Shown: piece by piece, positions 1 through 8,516 of the stretch
How the letters are laid out: each line of letters starts with the position of its first letter
Position numbering within the stretch: the first letter of the stretch is position 1
Source: Lysobacterales bacterium
Lineage (GTDB): Bacteria > Pseudomonadota > Gammaproteobacteria > Xanthomonadales > SZUA-38
Reading direction: 5' to 3'
DNA: 64,000 nucleotides
Assembly: GCA_965212525.1 (NCBI GenBank)
Contig: CBDBVC010000045.1
Coordinates: 70,949 to 134,948 of the forward strand
Made by a program: the position numbers and the translations under genes
Notes under the pieces: generated by a model
The model's input: only the letters and a program-made list of their open reading frames with translations
The model's database searches: none
Told to the model about the DNA's origin: nothing

Positions 1-926
1 TATTTTCCGTCCGGGGTCCAGTAGGAATACCAGTCTTTCCAGTCGCCACTGGTCAGGCGGGTGGTGCTTCCGTCGGGTGACAGGACGAAGAGGTTGTGCT
101 TGCCGGGTTCGCCATATTGATCCGTACTGAACACGATATGTTGATCGTCTGGTGCCCAGGAGGGATAACCCTCCTCGAAGTCGGCATCAGTCAGGCGTTT
201 TTCTGTGCCCGTTTTCAGGTCATATACAATCACGTCAAAAATATACCCGCCCGTTTCTCGCTCACCACGCTGGCGATTGAACAGGATGCGCTTGCCGTCA
301 CTTGAAAACGTGGCGTGGGCATCATAGCCAGGGTAATCGGTGAGGCGTTGCAGTTTCCCCGTGGCTTTTTCGTACAGGTGTATGTCGGCCTGCCCGTCAA
401 CGCGGTAGGAGTTGAAGACAATGAATTGGCCATCGTGCGAGTAACTGGGCAGCCAGTCCCATTGATCATGTGAGGAGATGGGAGCCAGCTTGCCTGTCGC
501 ATGCTCGTATTCAAAAATATCGGTCTTGCCATTTTCCGCGTTTTGCGCCACCACACTGAAACGACCATCGGGCGAGTAGGGGCCAGAATTCTCGAGGATG
601 TGCGACAGGTCTTTCCTCTCACCCGTCACCAGATTTACCTCAAATGCCGGGTGAGTGGTCTCATTCTCTCCCGGCCCTGGCTTGTTCCCAGAGATCAACA
701 GTTTTTTGCCGTCCCACGACGCCCCATGAACCTGATGCTGTTCGTACTCGTCGTTGGTGATCTGTTCGATCATGCAACCCGACGGGTCGGTCAGTCGTGG
801 AAATGGGCTGGCAGTCTCCGATGCTTCACCAGACCAACCGATCTGTATTGCGAAGACTGAAGACAGAATGGCAGTGCATACAAAACGGCGAAATATTTTA
901 GCGGGCCAGTAGTCGAGACGGTTCAT
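1..926 (-). CDS. TolB-like beta-propeller (PD40 repeat) secreted protein, 3' end runs off window
   Basis: Not in ORF track. Manual translation from ATG at 926: MNRLDYWPAKIFRRFVCTAILSSVFAIQIG (signal-like), then repeats YSPDGR, PSYSHDGQFIVFNS, FSSDGKRILF, PSWAPDDQHIVFS, WTPDGK. Confidence 0.8.
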   Translation of the reverse strand, partial: MNRLDYWPAKIFRRFVCTAILSSVFAIQIGWSGEASETASPFPRLTDPSGCMIEQITNDEYEQHQVHGASWDGKKLLISGNKPGPGENETTHPAFEVNLVTGERKDLSHILENSGPYSPDGRFSVVAQNAENGKTDIFEYEHATGKLAPISSHDQWDWLPSYSHDGQFIVFNSYRVDGQADIHLYEKATGKLQRLTDYPGYDAHATFSSDGKRILFNRQRGERETGGYIFDVIVYDLKTGTEKRLTDADFEEGYPSWAPDDQHIVFSTDQYGEPGKHNLFVLSPDGSTTRLTSGDWKDWYSYWTPDGK

Positions 927-1154
927 TTCGTCACCTCATGATTTGAGTTTGGCAGAAGCATAAGAGTTCTCTTTGATTCTTTTGATGCGTGCAACTCTCA
1001 ATTAGGCCCCAAAACTGTGACCGATTCAGTTAATCACAGAAGAAATCACGACAAGCAGAGTTCATTTCAAGATGAATCGTTTCTGCGAAGCGCATTAATC
1101 GAATCCACAAAATATTTGATTCAATCCAATTATTGCGCTTCAAAATGTTCCCTA

Positions 1155-1541
1155 CTAGTGCCGACACTTCTCTGCAATACCTTCCAGATGCACACGTCGC
1201 GCTTCGGCTTTTCGTGCGCGTTCCTTCTTGCGGCAGGGCCGGCATCTGACGGCGATTGAATCGATGTGTCCCTTGGCGATTTCATACCACCATTTCTGCT
1301 GCTTCGCCGTCCAGACTTCATCCACTCCACAGTCCTTGCACCTGAAGGGTCGATCCATGTAGAAATTGGGCAACCTATGGCACATGGTGCAGACGTGATC
1401 GAGCATCTCATGATTGGCAGCCACAGCCCTGGCCGGAATAACCGTCGCATAGATATTGGCCGTTTTCCATGATCGTTCTGCGCGTTTCAGTCGTGCTGCC
1501 TTGATCTCAGCGCGTCGCTGTTTTCCACTTTTCCTGAACAT
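1155..1541 (-). CDS. Zinc-ribbon domain protein (zf-trcl-like)
   Basis: YMDRPFRCKDCG...WTAKQQKWWYE...RCRPCR pattern. Confidence 0.7.
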   Translation of the reverse strand: MFRKSGKQRRAEIKAARLKRAERSWKTANIYATVIPARAVAANHEMLDHVCTMCHRLPNFYMDRPFRCKDCGVDEVWTAKQQKWWYEIAKGHIDSIAVRCRPCRKKERARKAEARRVHLEGIAEKCRH

Positions 1542-1634
1542 CTGGTCTTGTTCGCTTCTCCCTTGTCGCCTCTGCGGGAGTCATCTGATAGTCATTGTTA
1601 CTAACAGATTCTCGTAAAACTCGCATCAACTCGG

Positions 1635-2024
1635 TCATGATTGATGAAACTCCAGCACATTGCCATCCGGATCTCGAATGAAAAAGAACTGCGACCCTTC
1701 GAATTCTACCCGCTCCGTGATCTCGATACCCAGTGCTTCGATCTGCTTGGCCACCGCATCCGCACTGGTGATATCCAGCGCGATGTGTGTGTAGCCTGCG
1801 TGTTTCACGGGGTGGTCCATAAGCACATTGTCCGTTGCGGCATCGTCAGACGCGTTGATGATCAGGTTGATATTCACGCCAGAGGGGTGCTCCATGATTG
1901 CCACCGGCTCCGGCCCGACCGGGCCAACGATGAACTTGAACCCGAGCTGTTCATAGAATGCACGTGACACTTCAAGATCCCTTATGCGCAAGCCAACGTG
2001 ATTGATGCCTGTAATTTCGTTCAT
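1635..2024 (-). CDS. VOC/glyoxalase family protein
   Basis: INHVGLRIRDLEVSRAFY, HIAL, FFIRDPDGNVLEF; start moved to internal ATG (MNEITG). Confidence 0.9.
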   Translation of the reverse strand: MNEITGINHVGLRIRDLEVSRAFYEQLGFKFIVGPVGPEPVAIMEHPSGVNINLIINASDDAATDNVLMDHPVKHAGYTHIALDITSADAVAKQIEALGIEITERVEFEGSQFFFIRDPDGNVLEFHQS

Positions 2025-2058
2025 TTCTTCGCTCCTCTGTCCTGGTTGCAAGTCGCGC

Positions 2059-2946
2059 TCATGATGAGCGCTTCGCCTTGATCCATTCGTTGAACGGCGT
2101 GAATGGTGTTTCCAGTAGTTCACTGGTTGCTTCCAGCCTGTCGCTGGCACCGGGACCCATGTAGGTATGGTCTTCAAAGTAGCCTAATGTCTGACCGATT
2201 TCATCCGCGCCCGGGAAAAAGCTGGCGTAGGTTTCGTGTGGCACCTGTACTGCAGTGAGGTTTTCGCCTGTCTCATTGAACGCGTCGACGATATCCATGA
2301 AGCTGTACAAGCCTGCCGACATCGAGAGCGTCTTGCCCTTGCTCTGTTCCGGGTTTGAAAACACCCGTTCAACAATGTTTCCGATCTCTTCGATGGCGCC
2401 CATATGAATCACCCGGGCATTCGGGTCGATGGGGATAGCCCACCCCTTTGCACCGTTACCCAGATCTGAAGGTGCCATATCGCCAATCAGGTTTTCGAAA
2501 TAGAACGGCGGCTGCACGATGGTATGGATCGGGAAACCGGCCGATTGAACGACGGGATCAACTTTTGATTTATTGGTGAAGTGCGGTACCGCCCACTTGC
2601 CACTGGAAATGGTTTCCACATCGGGCAGGGATGACCAGACCAGATGAATCACACCGGCACGACGGGCTGCATCAATCGCTGCCCTGGCCTGCGCAATTTC
2701 ATCGGTGCCTTCCTGCCAGAAATTCGTGACCAGAAACACACCATGGACACCTTCGAGCGCAGCCGCCAGCGATTGTGGATCATCCAGGTTGGCGGCAACT
2801 GCCTCATCGGCCGGGCCATCATAGTTGTCAGGGTTGCGTGTCAGCGCCCTGACTCGAAATGGTGTCGCACTGTTCTTGAGATAGCGAACAACCGAACCGC
2901 CCTGTGAGCCGGTTGCGCCAAATACTGCAATGGTTGGATTGGACAT
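2059..2946 (-). CDS. NmrA/HSCARG family NAD(P)-binding protein
   Basis: VFGATGSQGGSV Rossmann motif, VPHFTNK; start MSNPTI after GAGGAG. Confidence 0.9.
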   Translation of the reverse strand: MSNPTIAVFGATGSQGGSVVRYLKNSATPFRVRALTRNPDNYDGPADEAVAANLDDPQSLAAALEGVHGVFLVTNFWQEGTDEIAQARAAIDAARRAGVIHLVWSSLPDVETISSGKWAVPHFTNKSKVDPVVQSAGFPIHTIVQPPFYFENLIGDMAPSDLGNGAKGWAIPIDPNARVIHMGAIEEIGNIVERVFSNPEQSKGKTLSMSAGLYSFMDIVDAFNETGENLTAVQVPHETYASFFPGADEIGQTLGYFEDHTYMGPGASDRLEATSELLETPFTPFNEWIKAKRSS

Positions 2947-3026
2947 GTTTTTCTCCTCAAATTTAGTCTGGTGGTGACTGTAGCAAGCTGAATTTAGTTT
3001 GCGTAGAATGAAAAGCAACAAAGCAG

Positions 3027-3045
3027 ATTTGCGATAAATGCAAAT
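3027..3045. promoter_or_regulatory. Probable LysR operator between divergent nmrA and lysR
   Basis: ATTTGC-N7-GCAAAT inverted repeat containing T-N11-A. Confidence 0.65.
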
Positions 3046-3051
3046 ACGATC

Positions 3052-3900
3052 ATGAATACGCTTTCAATTCGCACCACACTGCTGGCACTGGAGCTGGGCA
3101 GCCTGTCGGCAGCCGCGGCACAAATGGGGGTGCCGGTATCGACCGTGAGTCGACGCGCCAGGGAACTGGAATCCGAGCTGGGCCGGAGACTGATCGTCCG
3201 CAGTGGTCGTGGTGTTCGGCCTGCGGAAGAAGCCGCTGATGCCCTGATGAAGTTGAGAGATGCCTTGTTGCTATTGGACGACTGTCACGCGACAGAACCT
3301 GCCATCACTCGGCTTCGAGTCACCGCGACACTGGAGATGACAATCTCGCTCCTCCCCAGAGCCATTCCCCGTTTCCAGGAACGCTACCCCGATGTAGTGA
3401 TCGAACTGTTGGGAGAGGATCGGATCACGGGATTGATCGAAGCGGACTTCGACCTGGCGATTCGCGCAGGCGCATTGAACGACCCGAATCTGATCGGTAA
3501 ACCATTGCCCAATGGTGGCTTTATTCTGGTCGCGACACCCAAACTGGCAAAGACCATCACCAGCATTGAACAGCTGGCCTCAACACCCATGATTGAAATC
3601 TCGGGTCCGCCACCCGGGCTGACTGGACACTGGGATGTTGAATCGTTCAACCTTCGCCCACCGGTACTGGCCCGAGTCAACACATTCACCGGGGCGCTGC
3701 CCTGCCTGCTGGATGGCCTGGCATACGCGCAAATGCCCCGACACCTTGTACGTGACTATTTGAAATCGAAGCAGCTCATCGAGATACAGGATGCCAATCT
3801 AAACGAAATCCCCATCCACGCACTCTATCCAAAACGCCACCGCAACCAGGCTATCATCAAGGCGTTTATCGAGGAGGTTGATGGGTTGATGAATGCGTGA
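3052..3900 (+). CDS. LysR family transcriptional regulator
   Basis: GSLSAAAAQMGVPVSTVSRR..ELE.ELG HTH; FDLAIR substrate-binding domain. Confidence 0.92.
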   Translation: MNTLSIRTTLLALELGSLSAAAAQMGVPVSTVSRRARELESELGRRLIVRSGRGVRPAEEAADALMKLRDALLLLDDCHATEPAITRLRVTATLEMTISLLPRAIPRFQERYPDVVIELLGEDRITGLIEADFDLAIRAGALNDPNLIGKPLPNGGFILVATPKLAKTITSIEQLASTPMIEISGPPPGLTGHWDVESFNLRPPVLARVNTFTGALPCLLDGLAYAQMPRHLVRDYLKSKQLIEIQDANLNEIPIHALYPKRHRNQAIIKAFIEEVDGLMNA

Positions 3901-3910
3901 TTCTGAGTAA

Positions 3911-4342
3911 TCAATCCGTCAACAAGACATAGTTCACAGCAACCGCAGCATTGGCCACCATCAATGTAAAATCAGTGATGAAGATAAAGCGCATCAGGCC
4001 CTTGACCTGCCAGATGCCTTTGCCTTTCCGGTTGGCAAGCGCGATAGGGACATTACAGACGAATTGCGAGCCGTGTGCAATTGCGAACACGGTGAACAGG
4101 ATGATGCGTTGATCAGGCTCGGGAAATGAACTGGCATAGATGAGCACCAGCACACTCATCACACAGAATGCAAAGTTGAATCCGCCGAGAAACGGACCCG
4201 ATGCCGCCAGCGTGTCAAACACGGGTGTATCGCGGTGTTCCTTCGGTACCAGAATCTTGGCAAAGACGCGGTTACGCAGGGCAAACAGGTGAAAGCCAAG
4301 CCCAAACCAGATGGCGTTTGCGATGAGGAGTAGTTCAAACAT
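3911..4342 (-). CDS. Hypothetical membrane protein (about 4 TM)
   Basis: 143 aa ORF with four hydrophobic segments. Confidence 0.7.
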   Translation of the reverse strand: MFELLLIANAIWFGLGFHLFALRNRVFAKILVPKEHRDTPVFDTLAASGPFLGGFNFAFCVMSVLVLIYASSFPEPDQRIILFTVFAIAHGSQFVCNVPIALANRKGKGIWQVKGLMRFIFITDFTLMVANAAVAVNYVLLTD

Positions 4343-4472
4343 GTCAATTCGCTACTCAATTGTATCCTGATAAACTTGCCGATAGTCGCGATTGTTGTGA
4401 GAAACACCAACCAAAAAATGGATCCAATCCCTTATTCCAAATTTTGTAAATGTTATCATTGACGTCGACTGG

Positions 4473-4547
4473 ACATATTACGTTTTAGCAAAGTGGCCGT
4501 TGGGAGCGTAACGTCTCTTAGGACCCTCTCGAATCATAATTTAGATG
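4473..4547 (-). other. Degenerate attC site (distal end of array)
   Basis: Follows the 4557-5351 gene; resembles the 5361-5432 attC (shared GACCCTCT, similar ends) but both R boxes are damaged. Confidence 0.4.
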
Positions 4548-4556
4548 GCTGGGCAC

Positions 4557-5351
4557 TCAAGTCGCAAACGGATCAACTGGGTCCAGGTTCGGCACATTGA
4601 ACTCTAGCCTTGTAGCCACTGTTCCATTGGACGGCTTGGTGCCGTGCGGTGGCGTATAGAGCCCTACGCAACCTCGCTCCTCGAAGTTGTTTGAATCGCC
4701 GAGGCGCTTCCAGTCGTAGACGTCTAATGCGAAAAAGCAGGTCCACGAACCGTCGCCAAGCTTGTCCCAAACACATTCATATTCTAACTTGCCCTGATTT
4801 GTGCATATGCGGTCCAGATTTCCGGCAGCCCGATTCTTCTTTATCAGCTCTACGGTTTTGATGTGAATGTCAGATATTGGTTCCTCGACTAGTTCTTCGC
4901 CGCTGAGATCCCCCGACGGAAAGGGAGCTTGTATGGCAAATCGTGTTTCCGTGGCAAGTGCATGACCATAGAGGGCGGCGTGAAAGGCTCTAATCCAGCG
5001 CCTAATGAGAAATTTGAGATCCTTTATTACAAATGCTGCCATGCGCGCGCCTGTTTCATTCTCAAATACTTCCAATTTCAGGCGATCGTTTTCAGAGCTT
5101 GGGGTTTTCCCATGTAGCAAGGATATCAACTGAGCTGTTATTTCGTCGTCGAGATTGAGGGGGCCATGGCACGATTCTTTATGGGTAGGAAGCTTCAGTG
5201 GGAAGTTCCTATCTTTTTCGACGAAAACGGCGCTAGGCGGAACATGGTCATGATCAACACCGTCATCTGGTGCAAAGTCCTTGGTACAGATGTAGCAGAA
5301 GGGAAGCTTTTGAACGGCCTGCGCCTGCTTTTGGGTAGAAATCTCAGGCAT
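4557..5351 (-). CDS. Cassette gene: HNH-like zinc-binding putative nuclease
   Basis: CYIC...DHDHVPP...LPTHKESCH; starts just after GTTATGT. Confidence 0.6.
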   Translation of the reverse strand: MPEISTQKQAQAVQKLPFCYICTKDFAPDDGVDHDHVPPSAVFVEKDRNFPLKLPTHKESCHGPLNLDDEITAQLISLLHGKTPSSENDRLKLEVFENETGARMAAFVIKDLKFLIRRWIRAFHAALYGHALATETRFAIQAPFPSGDLSGEELVEEPISDIHIKTVELIKKNRAAGNLDRICTNQGKLEYECVWDKLGDGSWTCFFALDVYDWKRLGDSNNFEERGCVGLYTPPHGTKPSNGTVATRLEFNVPNLDPVDPFAT

Positions 5352-5360
5352 TATCCAGAC

Positions 5361-5432
5361 ACATAACGTTGTGCTAAGGGGCTAAGGGGACGCGTTGCGA
5401 CCCCGGAGACCCTCTTAAGCGCTAAGTTAGTG
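5361..5432 (-). other. Integron attC site
   Basis: Minus strand CACTAAC (contains gene stop)-TTAGC-GCTTAAG...CCTTAGC-ACAAC-GTTATGT. Confidence 0.85.
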
Positions 5433-6473
5433 GGTGCCCTTCGAGAGCATGATAGACTGTCTAAACTGTAATGCATTGTCTCGGCTTTCGTAGACCCAAT
5501 CTTCGGATACATTATCATAATAGTGCTGAACTACTCGCTGCCTTCGGAAAATCTCTGGGTTTAGTGGTTGGTTTGCATGGGCATTATGGTAGATCTGCAA
5601 TCCGTCATGTATTTCCTCGGTATGTTCCGACCGGAGAACTCTCCTCTTTTCTGGTGCCCCCGAAGGCGGGGTCGCCCAGACGGAAGTTATTATTGCTGGA
5701 GTATCTGAGTCTTCAGCCATTGCTGTAAGTTTCCCCCAGGTTGCGGTGGAACTAAATATTATGGCACTTATCTCAGCCATTGCCGGGTTATTGAACAAAC
5801 CAAGGTCAATCGGGGATCCATTTGCCTTCAATACATGACCAAGTGAGACGGCAGGAGGACCAAATGGAAAAGCGCTTGGGTTATCCAAGTACGCATCTTC
5901 ATCTACGTAGTAGTCATACAAGAGTGCTCGAATAGGTCTGTCATACTGTAGATTGAAGTGCGGTTGTTCAAATGGGGCAACTGCCAGAACAAATGGCTTT
6001 TGAATTACATGGGCTTGGGCCCTATAGCTTTTTTGATACTTCTGATACTTTGCTTGAATGGAGTTTGAAAGACGAATAATGGCCTCGGTATTCAGGTCCT
6101 TAAAGCGCTTAAGTTTAGTAAGCTCCTCGTTACTAAATGTGCGATCCCATTCGTTTGGTTGCCCGCGTGCTGCGTTTGCAGTTGTGGCCTCCACTACAAA
6201 CTCAAAGCCGTCCTTGTTTAAACAAAAGTCTGGGCTAGCATTACTCCAATCATTCCGAAAACCGTAACTCTTGAAGAGAGCATGCAGGTAGATCTCCCAA
6301 AAGGACGAATTGAAGGTTGTTTGAAATTCATTAACTAACTTGTTGTCTCTATCAACAAAACCATCCGCCCACGCCTGAAACAGTCTCCGCTCGGGCTCCC
6401 TGCGAGGGTCAAGCACCGAAACGAAGTTAGGGTTCATTTGGTCCTTCTCGACTGACGGTGTAAAGAGGTCCAT
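5427..6473 (-). CDS. Cassette gene: PD-(D/E)xK-like protein (family usually labelled 'glycosaminoglycan attachment site protein')
   Basis: FVDRDNK...EFQTTFNSSFWEIYL...SPDF...VEATTAN; stop lies inside the attC R'' box. Confidence 0.65.
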   Translation of the reverse strand: MDLFTPSVEKDQMNPNFVSVLDPRREPERRLFQAWADGFVDRDNKLVNEFQTTFNSSFWEIYLHALFKSYGFRNDWSNASPDFCLNKDGFEFVVEATTANAARGQPNEWDRTFSNEELTKLKRFKDLNTEAIIRLSNSIQAKYQKYQKSYRAQAHVIQKPFVLAVAPFEQPHFNLQYDRPIRALLYDYYVDEDAYLDNPSAFPFGPPAVSLGHVLKANGSPIDLGLFNNPAMAEISAIIFSSTATWGKLTAMAEDSDTPAIITSVWATPPSGAPEKRRVLRSEHTEEIHDGLQIYHNAHANQPLNPEIFRRQRVVQHYYDNVSEDWVYESRDNALQFRQSIMLSKGTH

Positions 6474-6480
6474 GACCGCC

Positions 6481-6570
6481 CTCTAACTCCCCAATAACGG
6501 GCTGTCGAAAAGCAAAGCTTTTTGGCATTCCGAAGCTGCTTGCTGCCGGGCGTTGATTGGCTTGTCATGT
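6481..6570 (-). other. Integron attC site (R'' altered to ACATGAC)
   Basis: ACATGAC-AAGC-CAATCAAC...GTTATTG-GGGA-GTTAGAG; L boxes pair with one extrahelical base. Confidence 0.75.
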
Positions 6571-6831
6571 GTTTTTTGCATTTTTCAAAGACTCTTTAAG
6601 CTGCCCGTCAAATAGCTCTGTATCGTCTGGCTCGAAATCTTTTAGACGCCTATCCGCTTCTTTGATCATATAGCTAGTAGCTAATTTTTGATTTAAATAG
6701 GTTGCGACCATCAAATCACTTAACTCTCTTAAAGGAGTATTCCATGATTCTTTACAGCGTCGAATAAGCCCCGTAGGGATATCTCCAGCCCAATTACCTT
6801 CTATATCTTTAACTGATAGATTTTTATCCAT
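6565..6831 (-). CDS. Cassette gene: small CdiI-like immunity protein
   Basis: SVKDIEG.W...TGLIRRC....TPLRELS.....YLNQ...ELFDGQL resembles the CdiI_3-type pattern; AT-rich. Confidence 0.5.
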   Translation of the reverse strand: MDKNLSVKDIEGNWAGDIPTGLIRRCKESWNTPLRELSDLMVATYLNQKLATSYMIKEADRRLKDFEPDDTELFDGQLKESLKNAKNT

Positions 6832-6840
6832 ATTTAATAC

Positions 6841-6894
6841 ACATAATTCGGACCGGGCTCAGCTCCCGGAGTTTTGTACACTGACTTGATATGA
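6841..6894 (-). other. Truncated attC (L' arm lost)
   Basis: TCATATC-AAGTC-AGTGTAC...CCGGG/CCCGG hairpin joined directly to ATTATGT; only 54 bp. Confidence 0.55.
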
Positions 6895-7329
6895 TCGCTT
6901 TTCATATTCGTTCCAGAAGGCCTCTGCCTCGCCGACGATGTATGGAACAACTGCTTTCGCGGTCCCTTCGAAATCATATCTATAATTCAATCGCAACCAT
7001 CCCTTCTTTTCAAATTTGAACCAATAATCTCGTATCCATAATTTCTTTGGGCCGAGTCGAATTCGATCATTTGGGTTGGTGTAGTTTGTTTTCATCTTTT
7101 TGGGTTCGATGTGCTCTCCCCAATAGGTTGTGAATCCTTCAGCTGGGCAGTTGGAAACTTCGACAACGAATTCCCCTCCATGCTTGTTGAACTGGAATGT
7201 CAGTAGATCGATTTGTTTTTCTTTAATTCGCCGAAAATGAGGATAGCTCCCTTTGAAGCCCTTTTCTCTGAGGAGAGGAATCACGATCTCTTTCAAGGCT
7301 GCAATCATCTTGTCTCTGGATTCGCTCAT
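6859..7329 (-). CDS. Cassette gene: DUF4304-like protein
   Basis: LKEIVIPLLREKGFKGSYPHFRR...LLTFQFNKHGGEFVVEV...RIRLGP. Confidence 0.7.
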   Translation of the reverse strand: MSESRDKMIAALKEIVIPLLREKGFKGSYPHFRRIKEKQIDLLTFQFNKHGGEFVVEVSNCPAEGFTTYWGEHIEPKKMKTNYTNPNDRIRLGPKKLWIRDYWFKFEKKGWLRLNYRYDFEGTAKAVVPYIVGEAEAFWNEYEKRSYQVSVQNSGS

Positions 7330-7336
7330 TTATTCT

Positions 7337-7397
7337 GCATATCGTCTAGCATCAGCGGGTCGGCGTTAGCCGTGTCCGCTGCATGCCCTTGTTATAA
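7337..7397 (-). other. Integron attC site with GAT core
   Basis: TTATAAC-AAGG-GCATGCAGCGG...CCGCTGATGC-TAGAC-GATATGC; 10-bp L pairing with extrahelical G. Confidence 0.8.
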
Positions 7398-7802
7398 ATC
7401 ATTGTCTCGAAACAGTTCTTTATCGAGAAAATCAATAATGTTTGATGGTTCTAGATTCTTAGGTTCCTGATGATCGAATTGTTTGAATTGATATCCTGTC
7501 TTGGTATTTTCATATCCAATCATCCATCCCGAATAATCATCACCAACAAATATGTAGTTTTCTAATTCTTTGGCCGTTTCTGAATCAAATATTTCATTGG
7601 GTTCCATCGGGCCACCATAAACTGAAAAACCCATTTCCCCATAGCTCCCATAACCAATCTCTCGTAAAAGATGCAAATAATTTTCCGGCAACCCCGGGAA
7701 AGCTGCCAAGAGATCCTGGATATATTGATCTGATGCACGGGTCAAATTTGAATCAGGAAGATATTTATTTACCTTTTCTTGGAGTAGCTGAAGATTTTTC
7801 AT
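7392..7802 (-). CDS. Cassette gene: SMI1/KNR4 (SUKH) family immunity protein
   Basis: LPENYLHLLREIGYG, YIFVGDDYSGWMIGY. Confidence 0.75.
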   Translation of the reverse strand: MKNLQLLQEKVNKYLPDSNLTRASDQYIQDLLAAFPGLPENYLHLLREIGYGSYGEMGFSVYGGPMEPNEIFDSETAKELENYIFVGDDYSGWMIGYENTKTGYQFKQFDHQEPKNLEPSNIIDFLDKELFRDNDL

Positions 7803-7805
7803 GAA

Positions 7806-7886
7806 ATATAACGCCTAGCTTTGGGGCAGCTGGAACGCAGTGTAGGCTGTCCCAGCGCGCAGCGCGTCAACAGCAACTTGTTATGC
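7806..7886 (-). other. Integron attC site
   Basis: GCATAAC-AAGTT-GCTGTTG...GGGACAGC/GCTGCCCC...CAAAGC-TAGGC-GTTATAT. Confidence 0.9.
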
Positions 7887-8228
7887 ATCTTCTCTTGTAC
7901 CATTCTTGTAAACAATCCATTGTGCAAATGAAACTCCAGGTAAATTTGTATGATCAGTTGATGCGCCTGGATCTTCGTTAATGTATCCGGTCATGTACCA
8001 GCCGAAACCAATGCTCTGTGCATAAAGCAAGATTTGATAAATAAACGCACTCCATTCTTTAGCTTCATGCTGGATAGTGAAAACGATTAAATTTCCATGT
8101 TCCTTATCAAACGAATACTTAACGTCAATTGGTTTAATATTCATGTTCTTAGCTGCTCGATTAAGGACAACAGATGCGTTCTTTTCGTTTTTAGCACTCG
8201 TATGTAATTGCCAATGAGAGAATTTCAT
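7881..8228 (-). CDS. Cassette gene: hypothetical protein (first cassette)
   Basis: 115 aa, AT-rich, bounded by GTTATGC and its exact complement GCATAAC. Confidence 0.75.
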   Translation of the reverse strand: MKFSHWQLHTSAKNEKNASVVLNRAAKNMNIKPIDVKYSFDKEHGNLIVFTIQHEAKEWSAFIYQILLYAQSIGFGWYMTGYINEDPGASTDHTNLPGVSFAQWIVYKNGTREDA

Positions 8229-8238
8229 TTCTATTTAC

Positions 8239-8300
8239 GCATAACAGTGTCTTATGTGGAAAAGGATATTATGGTACTTTACGGATTCCGCATAGTACAA
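8239..8300 (-). promoter_or_regulatory. Array head: attI/attG-like site with candidate cassette promoter
   Basis: GTTATGC core preceded by TATGCGGAA/TTCCACATA imperfect inverted repeat, no R'' box; TTGTAC-N18-TACCAT points into the array. Confidence 0.45.
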
Positions 8301-8516
8301 ACCATTGTCACTTCCTTTTGTCTTCGAACACATTGATATCTTCTGACAATTACAGTCAAACATGTACTATCTTCCTGAAAACTGTCTGTGTTCAATTCTG
8401 AGCAATTACGGAATTGCACGTACTCATTCAGTTACTCGTAATAACCTCATCATGGCGATCAGATGACTACCCTTACTACGATACTCGGTCGCTAAAGATT
8501 TTCTGCTTTCCATGAC

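Noticed and set aside
1595..1630. GTTAGTA as a cassette core upstream of the zinc-ribbon gene
   Set aside because: Does not fit GTTRRRY, has no L boxes, and no attC follows the gene.
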